64,000 nt of DNA from Octopus vulgaris (GCA_951406725.2 OX597814.1:58962001-59026000); one strand, 5' to 3'; counted from the stretch's first letter, positions 40,711 to 55,245 are shown. Made by a program: numbers and translations. Notes: generated by a model from the sequence alone, not told the origin.

Positions 40711-41532
40711 GATAGAGATATATACACGTACATATACTTATATATAGAGAGAGATATGTGCCTGTAGGTATATATGTACGTGTATGTTTGTGAGTGCGTA
40801 TGTGTGTGTAAGAGTGCACTTTTATCGGTCTCTGTTTATTTATTAGTGTGTGTAATTCCATGAGAATTTATTGCTTTAACTTTCTGTCGTCAGTATATGC
40901 AATCAATAAAGATGAAGAACAAGACCAACGACACCAGCAGATCACTACCAAAAAAAGAGCAAAATATAACAAAAATTGTGAAAACATTTTATGAAGTACT
41001 GTAAGAGAAACCGTAAATGAAACAGTAACCAATATGAAAAAATTTGAATTGAAACGTTGTTATAAATTTCTTATTTACTGTATTTATTATCTTCTTTTAA
41101 TTTAATTATGCAATACGACTTGATTTGGATCGATATCAGTTCTTTAAACAAAGCTCTATTGGATATTACTGAAAAGGAGTTCACATACACTTGTCTCTTT
41201 TAAATATACTAGAAAACTTAATTCGTTGTTTATTTACAGCGTGTTACATTTTTCAAGGAAATAAAATATAGTGTTCATAGGAATAATGCAAATAAAGGAC
41301 GAAATATTGTAGAATCCATGTACAATTGATCAAAGTATTTATTATTGTTGTTCGTTGGATACAAAAGTATTGATTGACTGATAAATTAGACCTAAGATTC
41401 AAGAGGTTATATCTATAATTATGCATCAGAATGGTAGTATATTTGTTTGTGTCTAGCTTATTAGTGTATTGATAATTGATATATGCCTTCATGTGTGTAC
41501 GTATGCATTTTACCTCTCGTATTTACACACAC

Positions 41533-41597
<65 letters not shown>

Positions 41598-41956
41598 TAT
41601 GCATATATATACACACATATATATACAGACATATGTATATACATCTCCAAATGCATATACATATTTATATATATCTATATATATTTGTGTGTGTGTGTAT
41701 ACTAAATTGTGTGACTCTGGTTCCGCAAAAGTGTATATGTGTGTCGGTGTGCAATAATAAACGAGAAGGGGGTAATTATACGGAATACTTTACTGTAATC
41801 GTCCCTTTATATTTATAGAACATTCAGTTGTAATCTCTAGGTTTCTCTATCGCTCACACACAAGTTTATATATGTATGAATACACACATATACACATGCG
41901 CCTCCTATACATATATTTAAATGTATTTACAGTTTCCTCAAAAGCCTTCTCACAAT

Positions 41957-42370
41957 TGTACCTATCGAGAACTTGAACTTGCCCATTTGACAGTGCGTGT
42001 AAGATAAACACGGTTGTATACGACGGAGAATTAACAGCTACGCTTCATTTTAATAAAAGAACTACATCAGGTTATGGGAAAGCGATTTCAAAAACCGTTA
42101 TGCAAACCACCACTTTCGAAACATCTGCAAAAGTAATAACACTATACCTTCTAGCCGTCTACGGCACTTGAAGACCAATTCCACACCACATACGACCATG
42201 TGGAGAATCGGAAAGAAATCTAAACCACATGTTAATGGATCTAAGAAATGCTCACTGATGCATGGCACAAGCAACATATTTTCTCTCCAGATCCAATAAT
42301 ATAGCACTACACTGCTAAATTTGACGACTGACATATTTAGTAGGCGCACTTACATGGACATGTTTCCTTT
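41957..42370 (+). pseudogene. Ancient PLE GIY-YIG endonuclease relic
   Basis: Frameshifted translation CTYRELE/CPFDSACKINTVVY...YIRLWESDFKNRYANH...WRIGKKSKPHVNGSKKCSL is collinear with the other PLE endonucleases here. Confidence 0.75.
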
Positions 42371-43475
42371 GACGAACTAGAGAATATCACACTCTACAGA
42401 TTGAGAAATGGTTTTGTAGACTGCCAAATTTTTAATCATATTACTCTGCACCAATTGCATTAATTATGGTTTCTGCAATCGCGAGGGCGGTGAACATAGT
42501 TTTCTGGCTTCGATGTACTTTCCGAAAAAGCAGAATTTTAAAAATGAAATAAAATAAAATTAATTTTCTAAAAAATACAGTAGAATTAGCGTAGTTAGTC
42601 ATCCCTAGGAAAAAATTGAATGAAATAAATTTAATGCTAATTAATTTTACATATGATTTATTAGTCAGATTGAATTCTTTTTAATGTGGAAGAATTAACT
42701 GAGCGGATGGTTGTTGTGAAACCATTTAATGACCATTCTACTGCAATCAATTTTTTTTTGTAATGGGACTTCAATTGAAGTGAAAACTAAGTATTGTGCA
42801 ATATTATTCACAACTTCATATTTTATTGTTTGTACTTGAAACAACTACATAAAAATACTATTTTAATTGTATATTTCAAAGGACATGATTTTTAAAAACA
42901 TTTTTTACATTTCCATTTTTGATTAGTTCTGTACCATGTTTTAAAGATTTGCTTCTTTTTTAGATTCTAATATTAAATAAAATGAATTATCTCATATGTG
43001 CTAAAATTCCATATTATAATCCAATTTTCATAAAACAATTTAAAACTGTAATTTCTATAAATCAAATATCATCCACGTATTGTCAAAAATGCAAAAGCAG
43101 CCAATGTATCCATCGTAAGAGAGCAGGAACTACCTGTTCTGGTTAGGGCAAAGTTAGTTTGCTAGTCGAAATCCATTCATAGTATCTGAAAGCAAACATC
43201 TTGTCAATTTACCCTAACCTAATAATAATGTAAATTCTGCTACTCTTGATCTTGAATTAAAGTTTAAAAGCAAAGAAAAGACTTAGTAAGACGTCAGAAG
43301 TTCTTACAACTTTCGTTGTCGTAATGTTTTGCATTCATTTGTTTAAAAAAAAGTTCTTCGTCGTATAATTTTGCTTTCATTTTGTGAACATGCCAGCTTC
43401 TAAACCTTATTTTCTGATTAAATGAAAATGATTAAACAGATTTTTGCTATAAGCATGTATGTATGTATGTATGTG

Positions 43476-43507
<32 letters not shown>

Positions 43508-44144
43508 TGTATGTATGTATGTATGCATGCATGTATGCATGTATGCATGTATGTACGCACGTATGTATATATATGTGTGTGTGTCTGTGCGCGACTGTTT
43601 AGTTACGATGGACACCAGAAAACAGTCCAGTTGTCATCATTTTTTGTCAACGTACCCTCCTCTCCCCTTGAAGCTAAGTATTCATCACACTCACCTTTTT
43701 TTCTCCTTATGGGCGCTTTAAAAGTTAGTTATGTGTATGTGTGTGTGTGTGTGTATGCATGCAATATTTATGAGTGTGTGTGTATTTATGAAAATATCAT
43801 GCAGCGTCGCGTGTACATCCCTGAACTTGATTTCAGGTGTTATTCTACCCTTTTTGGCCTCACACGTTTGAAATCTTAATTTTTTCTACTGAACTAAATT
43901 TTCATTTGTTTTAGCTCGAAATGTACCTCTAGTGTGACCAATCTCAAACCTCATCTAATCTGGCTCAAAACTGATCCAGAAAGAAAGCCTAGAAGTGGTG
44001 TAAAGAATATTATTCACACACTTCCGCGTGTGAGTGATATTTATCACAATATATATTTATTACAATATAGTGTATTCTATATGAGCTAGATATTTGCAAG
44101 ATAACTAAATACTGAACAAAATCAATCATTTTGCAATATTACTC

Positions 44145-44350
44145 TCCAATTTTGGCTGAAGGCCGTCAAATCGGGTGTGGAGGGAAGTTGATTACATAGA
44201 TCTCGTGCTCAGCTAATACTCATTTTATCGAGTACAGAAAAGATAAGAGGCAAAGACGACTTTGGCGGAATTTGAACTCAGAATGTAGAGACAGATGAAA
44301 TGCCTCGAAGCTTTCATCCTGCGTGCTAACGACTCTGCGAGCTTGTCGTC
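44145..44350 (-). mobile_element. SINE family B
   Basis: aggcaaagacgactttggcggaatttgaactcagaa...gtgctaacgactctgc. Confidence 0.85.
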
Positions 44351-45999
44351 TTAGTACTGTAATAAGTAGGAATATTAATTCAAAATTATTTTTACGTACT
44401 TTTGGCATATGTAGCTAATATAATAGCTTTTTTTTATATTTCGAATACTTTTTGAAAACATTAGCACCGCGAGAGATTAAAAAAAATGTTTACTCAAAAA
44501 CAAAATGTTTAGGCTTTGAATTTGCTTTCACGCGTTACCACTCTTTTCTGCACATTTGATCCCAATAGTTTTTAACTTGAATTTTATCTATATTAGAAAC
44601 ATGGGATTCATATAGTCGGGATGTATCAGAAAAGTAAAATTTAAATATAGTTTTCTTCTGAACGAAGAACAATATTTGGAGTCAAAGTCAATATCTGGTG
44701 TTAATCTCGTTATTTATTTTGCCCTTTTATACCTTAGTACATTTTTCTACTAAATACTTTTGCATATAACTCAGATAGATTCCAGTCGACGAGATCTATC
44801 ATATATACTGTTATAAAATATAGATTTATTTATATAAAATATTTAGACTCAAAGTCGTTTTCAAGCTTTATTCTCCGGTTTGTGACCTCACATATTTGAG
44901 TCAAACTCTTTTTGTACTGAACCAATCTTTAATTGATTTAGCTAGAAAGCTAACTTACGATGTAGCCAATCTAAAACTGTAAGCATCATCTAATTTGGTT
45001 AAACACTGAGTTACGGACAGAGTCTAGAAGTAGTTGTGAATCAGTAAAATTTGACCTTAGGAATGTTATTTACACACGGTAGTGTGTGAATGATGTATAT
45101 GCATATATGTGTGTGTATCAATTAAATTACGAATTAAAAGCAGCTTTGTTAATGTGATAAATATGTTATTTATCTCATTAAATTACGCATTAAATTATTT
45201 ATTACATTGTTAATGTAATAAATATTGATTGCATCGCTATGTTGACAACATCCATTTCTAAAACGATTTGCCATGAAATAGCATCTGGGATAGATCACTG
45301 GACAACGCTGTGTGTTAAAAAAACACCTGCTGAGGATAGGCCGGGCAAGATATAACAATCACATTATCGTGAACATGCGGCATTGTCCAGGAAGCTGTCA
45401 CAGATGATGTCCGCAGCAAATCAGCTTCTAAGTATAATATATCCACTGTATATGAGCGAGCGACATTGTTTCCATTCCCGGAGTTGCCTTTAATTCATAA
45501 TTTAATTTGCTTTCACATTTGCTTAGGCGTGGCTCATCAGCAAATAAAATTCACTGCATGTGTATTTAAATCAGAGATCAGTGGTGTCAATATTGTCAGG
45601 TCGATTCAGGTGCTTGTCATTCATGTGCCACAATAATGGAGAAATGTCGGTATCTACCCATCCCGAATTTCGATCCAGAGCGCGTGATGACGACTAGTCT
45701 ACGGCATTCAGGTGTTCATTAACACGGAGATATGTCCAGGAAGGAAGCTACCTCAAACGCTATTATACACACGCATACACACACACAAACACACACACAA
45801 TAACATATTGAGCTTTTAATCCCTACACATTTTATTCTCCCTGTTTTTTTGGATTCTCTCTTCATTTTTCCTTCTACCCATATATATATATATGCGTGTC
45901 TGTGTTTGTGTGTGTGTGTATGTGCATTTAACTGCAATATTTATATAGTAAATTCTGAAAATTTATTTCGGTGATGTAAGTGTAAATATTCCAAGAGAT

Positions 46000-47430
46000 G
46001 CTGGTTTAAATCTGAGACTCAAACTGCAGGTAACCTTTAAACTTTCCCTGAAATGAGACGCCAACACGCAAAGGCCTGGTATGCCCTGGGTCACAGTAGC
46101 AAATAATTGTCAGGAAAACCGGAATGCACATGCATCTCGTGGACGTTATGGGTATAAAAATCAACATGAACCGCATTCCTGGAATTCATAATTTGGACGC
46201 AAGAGATAAGACCCGATTGTCAGCAGCGCAGAGAGAACAAGCTATCGGCCGAATATAAGCAGGGCAGCGTGTTCTGGTTGTTTCGAAAGCTTACAATGTT
46301 CATGTTAGCACCATCTATCACCTGCAACAGCGATACAACGCATCAAATGCACTTGAGAACGGCCCGCATAGAGTGCCACACCCTCACACAGGGTAACCAT
46401 GCTTAGACACGATCAATTCATCCGGCTCCATGATTGCTTCAGACTGGCCAGCGTGACAGTTCACGAGATCGTTGGCACTGGGCAGCGACCAATCAGCGAC
46501 AACACCGTAAGAAGTCGACTGGCCTCCAACAACCTGCGTTGCTGTCGCCCAACTCGAGGGCCTGTCCTCACCACTCGCCACATTCAGGCTCGACTACAGT
46601 GGGCTACACAGCTCCGACATTGGTTGCATCAACAATGGAGGTCGATAGTCTTCTCTGACGAGAGCCGGTACTGCCTTCCCACCTCGGATGGCAGAGTGAG
46701 AGTGTGGCGTAGAAGGGATGAACACTACAAAGGCGCAGGTATCATGGAGAGAGACGTGTGGGGTGACGAAAGCATCGTGGTTTCGAGTGCTACTGGTCTG
46801 AATCAGTGAAGTAGGCCCCATGTCTTCCAAAATCTTGGTGCAGGCCGAGGAAATAGCATCACCGTGCAGCGCTACGTTGATCAGATCCTTAAGACCTCAA
46901 ATCGTGACATTCTTTGCATATCACCATAGCCACGTGTTCCTGTAGGACAATGCTCCTTCCCATACGGCCAGTGTCACCATGGACTTTCTGCGTCAGCACA
47001 ACATCAGAAACATACTGTGGTCGGATCTTATCCTGGATTTGATCCCAATTGTATACATGTGGGATGAAATCCAGAAACAGCTGAGCCCAAGGCATGCAAA
47101 TCAGATGCAACTGGAGGCAGCTTTCTACAGGGTGTGATCACAGGTTCCAATGGATTTCGTGAACCATATCATGCACTCCAAGTACCGACAGCGTATGGCA
47201 GTTTTGAACACCCAGGGAGGGAATACCTGGTACTAAACATGTCACGCTCTACAATCTCGTCGTGCTGGTTCAGCCCACAACCAGAACACAGGACAACAAC
47301 CCATAGACTGTGGTGAAAATGCATCCAACAAATTGACTTTATAAGACTTATGAAAATTTATCCCTGACATAATGATATTAAAACATTTCACAGTCACACA
47401 CGTCTCGCGTTTATTTTGCGGTTCAGTGTA
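46000..47430 (+). mobile_element. Degenerate Tc1-family DNA transposon
   Basis: Transposase remnants RLSAAQREQAIG..., WRSIVFSDESRY, RVRVWRR, *DNAPSHTA and DLIPIVYMWDEI. Right TIR ...cgcgtttattttgcggttcagtg-TA. Left TIR not found, so the start is approximate. Confidence 0.85.
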
Positions 47431-48502
47431 TATACATGCTTGCATGTTAGTATAAAAACTGGCATATATGTATGTATGTGCTAGTTTGTAGATACATTTA
47501 ACACTTGTTACAGCACAATCTGCTTCTAAACTTTGTGCAGATATTATTGTTCATGTTTTCGGTCTTGTACATGATACTGTATTGAAAATATTTTATGACA
47601 TTTAAGAGACCATAATATTTTTTCAAATTTCCTCTTTGTTCCTATATATGTGAATGTTTAAATAGATCCGTGTGTGCGCGTATCTCATGTTTATCCCTCC
47701 CTGCATGTATGTACCCATAAGTTATGGTGTGTATGCGATTGCATTTATCTGTATATGTATATATGTTTATACTTTGAGTGAAAAATATATTTAGCAAACG
47801 ATATCAGGGATGGATGTAGCCTAACATTTGCACTTTTATAACCAGATGCCATTAAATTTTACTGGTATGGATCCAAGCAAAACCGCACAATATTCATTTG
47901 CCTTGGGCAAGAAATATTTATCGCAAAAGATTTGGCTTTTGATCTGTTTCATTTTACCATATACTCTCCTGTTTACGAGTTCTGCATTGTGTTATCATTT
48001 CTTTTAATACAAAAGGAAATAAGAACAGAAGAGATAAATTTTGAAAATAAACTCCAGAAAACATAACTAGTTACAATTCCCAATATATTGCTACAACTGC
48101 TTTTGTCTAATAGCATATAATCAGTATTATCGAAAGTTTCTCCTTTTTTTCCCAAAAATATCTACGAAAGGGGGTTAAGTGACTAACACAGTTATGTTTA
48201 TATTTGTGTATTGATTGTCTTGCTGAATCATTCTCGTCCTGGGCACATTTGAAGCGTGTGGTTATTTTAACCTCAAACCATTTTAAAAATTAGATTACAT
48301 ATACTTAACATTCAAATTAATATTTAATAACAATGTTTTCACTGTAACTACGATGAACAAAATCTGCATTTCCCGTTTATACATATATTTGTGATGTCTC
48401 TCTGTGTGGGTACTTTATATACATCTGTTTATGTGCATGTATATATGCATGCATTTATATGTGTGTCTATCTATATATAATATTTATTACGTGCTTAATA
48501 TG

Positions 48503-48538
<36 letters not shown>

Positions 48539-48539
48539 C

Positions 48540-48607
<68 letters not shown>

Positions 48608-48608
<1 letters not shown>

Positions 48609-49598
48609 TGGTGGCTCTTTCAGACATGCCATGTGTTACACAGACAACCACATTTACTAGCTATTCCTGCGACATAAAAGTAGTACGCGTTCTGATGCTG
48701 ATCTTCTACAGAGAGACCTAAGTGCTATATCTAAATGGGCTGAGAAAACAACATGCCATTTAATGCAGTCAAATTCCAATCTGTTCGCTACCAGCTAATT
48801 GGTGCTCAGGACTCACTACAACGATACTTTCGACCAAGAAGAGCGGCAATCCCAGAATCACATCTTAAGATGTCTCAATCTTAGGATTGACTTGAGCAAC
48901 GACGCCTCGCTTCACATGCATATCATCAAGATGGTGGCAATGTGCAAGTGAATGGGCGGATGGATTCCGAGAAACTTCGGAACGAGGGACCAGGAAACTA
49001 CACTGGCCCTATGGAGGACATTTGTCCTTAGCCGTCTGGAGCACTGCTCTCAACTACGATCACCTTACAGTTTCGATTAATAGCAGATGTTGAGGCGGTT
49101 CACACGTACTACCCGAGGAAGAAGATTGCATCAATGGAACAGCTGAGCTACTGGGAGAGACTGAAAGGGCTGCGACTATTCTCCGTGGATAGAAGACCTG
49201 AAAGGTATGCAGTAATATATGTGTGGAAAATAAGGAAGAGGCTGGCACCAAGCTTTAGAATTTAGAGTTTTACTAGACCTCGAATTGGACATCACTGCAC
49301 TGTTATAAAAGTCTCAGGTATCTAAGTTGACAACCATGTATGCAATAGCTTGGAATGCAAGGGATTGCACTTATTTAACACCTTGTCAAAACATCTGAGG
49401 GATTTCTATGGATTTGGGGTAAAGGTTTTCAAAAAACAGCTTGACCTCTTGCTATCCAAGATCCCAGATGAACCAGTATCGAGGTAGGAAACTCGCTCCT
49501 TCCCCAAAATCCACTCACATAGAATTGGGCAATTACAAGTTAATTACACTGGTAGCACCCTAGTGTAACCACAACCTTCGAACTAAAACAGATAAAAG
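48608..49598 (+). mobile_element. CR1-group LINE 3' fragment (RT C-terminal pseudogene)
   Basis: LQRDLSAISKWAE/NNMPFNAVKFQ, LGIDLSNDAS, LWRTFVLSRLEHCSQL, LSYWERLKGLRLFS..RR.ERYAVIYVWKI. Confidence 0.8.
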
Positions 49599-49599
49599 A

Positions 49600-49644
<45 letters not shown>

Positions 49645-49803
49645 GTTGTCAGCATCACTATTATTAGTTATATTCGTATGACTATTAATAGTAATGAAGT
49701 TATAGATATTCCATATACATATATAAACATATGTATATCCATATCTATCTATTTATCTGCCTCTCTCTCGCTCTCTTTCTGTGTATATATATATATATGT
49801 GTG

Positions 49804-49840
<37 letters not shown>

Positions 49841-49942
49841 CGGAGTAAACACATAAATGTGAAACAAGGTGGAAAAAAGAGTACTCAAATACCAGTGGTA
49901 GAGTAATATGCTTTATTTTAAGCAGCAGAAAATTCAACAAAA

Positions 49943-49986
49943 TCTGTTACTCTGAGTTTCTCGTTGCCGTTCATCAGACAGTTTTG
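49943..49986 (-). ncRNA. Minimal type I hammerhead ribozyme (left arm)
   Basis: Reverse complement of 52452-52489. Confidence 0.75.
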
Positions 49987-51212
49987 CTAGAATGGAACAT
50001 ATATATTAATTCAATCTATACTCTTACAAACGCTACACCTTTAAAAAGAAATGGACTTGTTTGATTGGCCCTTTAGAAAAAACGGTCAATCTTCGAGCGA
50101 TAAACAAAAAGGTCAAAAATATATGTATATATATATAAAAACTTATAAAAATTATAAAATCCGAGGAAAATACCGAGGAAAAAACCTGTTGCCGTTAATG
50201 AAGACAGTACAAATTAATGCATAGAAATTAAACCTGTTATAAATACTGCAATACATATTTATATTAAAATCCACATATATATATCAACATACACAAAAGG
50301 ATGCGCGTAAACGCCATACATACATATACAGACGTATGAATATGAATCTAAATTATACACATAAAAGCATGTGTACATATATTCACGCAAACCGTCTCGC
50401 ACGCAAGCTAAAATTCATCTATGTAGCAATTCTCATATACTGAGCAAGGAGGGGGAACGAAAGAAAGGGAAAGAGAGAAAAAGGAACGGAGGAGGGGTGG
50501 GGAAAAAACTTGTAGCGATGTTATTTGGCATCTATAGAGGCCAGTATACATACACAAGTTTGAATTGATACATATACATACCGTCGTGTATATGTGTGCT
50601 TAAGCACAAGCATACTTTCACTTACACATATACAGATACGCATGCTTACAAATACATATGCTTTGCTATACACAAACTTATATAAACATTCTAAATTTGA
50701 CAACATTGCTTTTTTTATAAAAAAACATTGCTTTTAAAAAATGGGTGCATTAATAAAAATATATACGAAAGACCTATAAAATAAAATATAACATCCTATT
50801 TTGGGTCATTTATAAATAATCAAGGTAATATAAATAATCAAGGTAATCTTATGCAATACAATAACATGAAAACAAAGTTTGCAGGTTTTTCCTAATATAT
50901 ATGTAGAAACAATAAGACTTTGCTATAGGTCCGTTGTAGCGCTCAAGAGTCAAAATCAAAATCAAAAAATCAAAATACAAAATATATACTCTATCCATAT
51001 GGTATATTTATATTCGACATTTTAAATTTAGCCTTGTGCCTACATAAGTTCATTAATTCACTTCTTTGATTCAAAGAATTATTGTCTTTGAATAATATGT
51101 GCATTTTTTCTAATAAGCAAAGCCTGCACTTGAAATTATATTTGTAAGCTCCATGCCTGTATGGTGCCGCCCTGTCCAGAATGCTCCATGTCACGTTGAA
51201 AGGTGGGGCTTC

Positions 51213-51446
51213 CTAAAAGAAAAGGAAGCCCCACCTTTCAACGTGACATGGAGCATTCTGGACAGGGCGGCACCATACAGGCATGGAGCTTACAAATATA
51301 ATTTCAAGTGCAGGCTTTGCTTATTAGAAAAAATGCACATATTATTCAAAGACAATAATTCTTTGAATCAAAGAAGTGAATTAATGAACTTATGTAGGCA
51401 CAAGGCTAAATTTAAAATGTCGAATATAAATATACCATATGGATAG
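51213..51446 (+). pseudogene. C-terminal fragment of a PLE GIY-YIG endonuclease (mirrored at 50991-51214 on the minus strand)
   Basis: LKEKEAPPFNVTWSILDRAAPYRHG...CRLCLLEKMHIL...CRHKAKF. Confidence 0.88.
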
Positions 51447-52446
51447 AGTATATATTTTGTATTTTGATTTTTTGATTTTGATTTTGACTCTTGAGCGCTA
51501 CAACGGACCTATAGCAAAGTCTTATTGTTTCTACATATATATTAGGAAAACCTGCAAACTTTGTTTTCATGTTATTGTATTGCATAAGATTACCTTGATT
51601 ATTTATATTACCTTGATTATTTATAAATGACCCAAAATAGGATGTTATATTTTATTTTATAGGTCTTTCGTATATATTTTTATTAATGCACCCATTTTTT
51701 AAAAGCAATGTTTTTTTATAAAAAAGCAATGTTGTCAAATTTAGAATGTTTATATAAGTTTGTGTATAGCAAAGCATATGTATTTGTAAGCATGCGTATC
51801 TGTGTATGTGTAAGTGAAAGTATGCTTGTGCTTAAGCACACATATACACGACGGTATGTATATGTATCAATTCAAACTTGTGTATGTATACTGGCCTCTA
51901 TAGATGCCAAATAACATCGCTACAAGTTCTTTCCCCACCCCTCCTCCGTTCCTTTTTCTCTCTTCCCTTTCTTTCGTTCCCCCTCCTTGCTCAGTATATG
52001 AGAATTGCTACATAGATGAATTTTAGCTTGCGTGCGAGACGGTTTGCGTGAATATATGTACACATGCTTTTATGTGTATAATTTAGATTCATATTCATAC
52101 GTCTGTATATGTATGTATGGCGTTTACGCGCATCCTTTTGTGTATGTTGATATATATATGTGGATTTTAATATAAATATGTATTGCAGTATTTATAACAG
52201 GTTTAATTTCTATGCATTAATTTGTACTGTCTTCATTAACGGCAACAGGTTTTTTCCTCGGTATTTTCCTCGGATTTTATAATTTTTATAAGTTTTTATA
52301 TATATATACATATATTTTTGACCTTTTTGTTTATCGCTCGAAGATTGACCGTTTTTTCTAAAGGGCCAATCAAACAAGTCCATTTCTTTAAAGGTGTAGC
52401 GTTTGTAAGAGTATAGATTGAATTAATATATATGTTCCATTCTAGC

Positions 52447-52496
52447 AAAAACTGTCTGATGAACGGCAACGAGAAACTCAGAGTAACAGATTTTGT
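52447..52496 (+). ncRNA. Minimal type I hammerhead ribozyme (right arm)
   Basis: CUGU-CUGAUGA(52456-62)-ACG(GCAA)CGA-GAAA-CUCAGAG-UA-ACAG. Stem II is short with a non-canonical A-A closing pair. Confidence 0.75.
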
Positions 52497-54757
52497 TGAA
52501 TTTTCTGCTGCTTAAAATAAAGTATATATATATATATATATATATACTTGTATACATGTACCTATATATCTGCCTATAGATATGTATGCCAATTTAAACA
52601 TTTTTAAAGCAATGCCATAATTACACATAAGGTATCAAAACACCGAATAAAAGTACACCTAGTCTTTGTCCGTTATAATTCAAAGTCATTATCACAGTAA
52701 TTATCACAGCTATTATCATCCCAAAATGCATTCATTATTGTAACCATTCTTACAAATCATTATGCACAATTGTATGTGTACTATACGTAGTTCCTAAACG
52801 ATATTTAGGACTATCTGCTAATGAACCAGAAAACAAAAACGATGGTGCTTCAAAATATTATGGTAGCAGTGTATGTTGCACTATAGAATTTCCTCATGTA
52901 AACAGTAAAATGCTTTATGCAAATTGCATACATACGCAACAGTCCCACTTCTGAATCTTCATATCACACAATCAGAGTTAAAGAACCATTGATCCGATTG
53001 AATACAGATTTTAACGTTAAAATACCGTTATAGAAAATCGATAAAGAAAGCGCCTATAACATTTGAAAAATAATAATACTGATGTGCGCAGAATGACATT
53101 CCCGCAGTTAGACTAATTGCACGCAATGTAATACATAATTTCTCTGTAGCATAAGAGAATTAAAATCACTCCCTCTGAAATTTTCTTATTCACATACACA
53201 CTTCTCGAATCCACGTTATAATGTCGACAAACATTTATACCTTTTTTCTACATTGAATTATCTGGCGTATATTCGTCTTCTGTCTAATATTCAGATGAAT
53301 TATTTGTCATTTCGGGATAAATGATAGCATCAATGGATGATCAGCTTCATTGTTTCTCACAGATGAGTTGCAAGTTATGTATTCTCTGTATTTACCCGTT
53401 GACGGTTAAATGTTAATTTACGTAGCAAAAGCAACTTCATGTAAGCTCTATAATTTACAAGAAATCTTCACCCCCACCCCGGCCAAATAAAGTGAAAAAA
53501 AATAATAAACGAGGCCGAGTCACATAAAGAGAAATCTATACACGTCTTTTTCAGTTTACTTTTATCTTTGAAAACTTCGAGAGCATCACACAATTTTATT
53601 CCTTTACAAACATGACAGTAAATATAGCGTCTGTCCAAATAATCGATATTGAATATTTAATTCAAATTGTTCAATAAGCACTTCTATCTTCGGTGTTTAT
53701 GTTTGCTAGGTGTGATCAAGTACAAAAGTATAAGAAAAGATTTTTTATGAATGGCTCAGTGCATACACTTAACATTAAGTCGATTTAATCACTTCATTTC
53801 ACATTGATAAGTGTAACAGTGTTGTAGAGTTATGTACTAAGATGAATATCAAACTTATCAGCTCAAGCACATGAAAAATCAAGGTCAACAATTAAAAGTG
53901 TGAGGAATAACAGCATGTATAAATTAGATGTTTCCAAGAATAAAAACAGCTTCAAACAAGCTATATTAGTAAAGCTGAAATTGCAGAATTAAGTGTTCAA
54001 CAGTAAATTACTGCTCTGATACTTCATCGCAGTCAGGTGAGAGATATAAGAAGAACATGCGGATTAGATAGGGTATAATTTTTGTTATAGATTTATTCAA
54101 ATACTAAACTGGTTTCAACAAATTTGGGCTTATTAATGGTAAAAATAAATAAATATTTATCATTTTTACTATTGTTAAGCAAAACCATGTCGAAACTTAG
54201 TTTGGTACTTGAATAAATCTATTACAAAATTTGAGAACAACTACATATTTTGAGATTCAGGTGCATTTTCAAACCCTAAAACAAATTCTATATTTATATA
54301 TTTAGATGTATATGCGCGCGTGTGTGTATGTGAGTGTGTGCGTGTATGCGCGCGCATGCATGTGTGTACCTGTGTGCGCGTGTCTATGTATGCATATATA
54401 TATGTACATATATATGTATGTGTGTGCGTGTGAGTGTGTGTGCGCGTGCGTGCGTACATGTATTTAATCCGAAAAGAGCGTATACCTCTCTTCCCATGTG
54501 TCCACGAAAGATTGAACATTACGTAACGTAGAATATATAAATCTAATAAAGACATCGTCAATGTATTTTGCTGACTACGTATATGTAAAAAGTTCTATCA
54601 TATATTAATCAAATGAGGTATTGCTGATTGGAGGCAAATTAATTTCGATCCTATACTTTCATCTGATTAAACTTACAAATTGCACAAAACACATATTCCA
54701 TTTCATTGTAGCCATATTAGTAATATAAAATAAACCAGTTGTTTAGCATACTTCTTA

Positions 54758-54912
54758 AAGGGGGTATGTTGATTATATCGATACCATTACTCAAATGATA
54801 CTCATTTTATCGACCCCAAAGGATGAAGTAATTTGAACTCAGAATGTGAAGAAGGACGAAATCCTACAAGGCATTTCGCCCAGCGTGCTGGCAATTCTGC
54901 CAGCTCACAGCC
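54758..54912 (-). mobile_element. SINE family B, internally deleted
   Basis: ttttatcgacccc...atttgaactcagaa...ttctgccagctc. Confidence 0.8.
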
Positions 54913-55046
54913 TTTCCAATGTGTAGTATTATCAAAAAGAAGGTATTATTTCAGATATCTGAAATTATATTATCAATTTCCTTTAACCTGAATGCTTAGT
55001 GAATTCGATATTGTGTTCCCAAATGGAAGCAATAGTTGTATATTAA

Positions 55047-55245
55047 AGGTGGCGTGCTGGCAGAAAACGTTAGCACGCCGGGCAAAATGCTTAGCGGTAT
55101 TTTGTCTGCATTTACGTTTTGAGTTCAAATTCCACCGAGTTCGACTTTACCTTTCATCTTTCAGGGTTGATAAATTAAACAGTTGCATACTCGGGTCGGT
55201 CTAATTGACTGGCCCCGCCCCAAAGTTTTTGAACCTTGTGCCTAG
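55047..55245 (+). mobile_element. SINE family B
   Basis: ggtggcgtgctggcagaaaacgttagcacgccgggc...gagttcaaattcc. Confidence 0.88.

Larger units (their letters stand above)
49839..52522. mobile_element. PLE fold-back palindrome with arms of about 1.3 kb (49911-51214 and 51223-52522)
   Basis: Near-perfect inverted repeat with an 8-nt spacer. Each arm holds a GIY-YIG C-terminus (WSILDRA..Y...CRLCLLEK..LNQRSELMNLCRHK), 3' UTR and a hammerhead. Confidence 0.95.

Noticed and set aside
45170-45750. GC-richer block that might be an exon or transposon piece
   Set aside because: No recognisable protein motif, splice-bounded ORF or terminal repeat.
53650-54060. Repeat-free stretch with TTTATGA/TAAT motifs as a possible enhancer
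   Set aside because: Such motifs are expected by chance in AT-rich DNA; cross-species conservation data would be needed.
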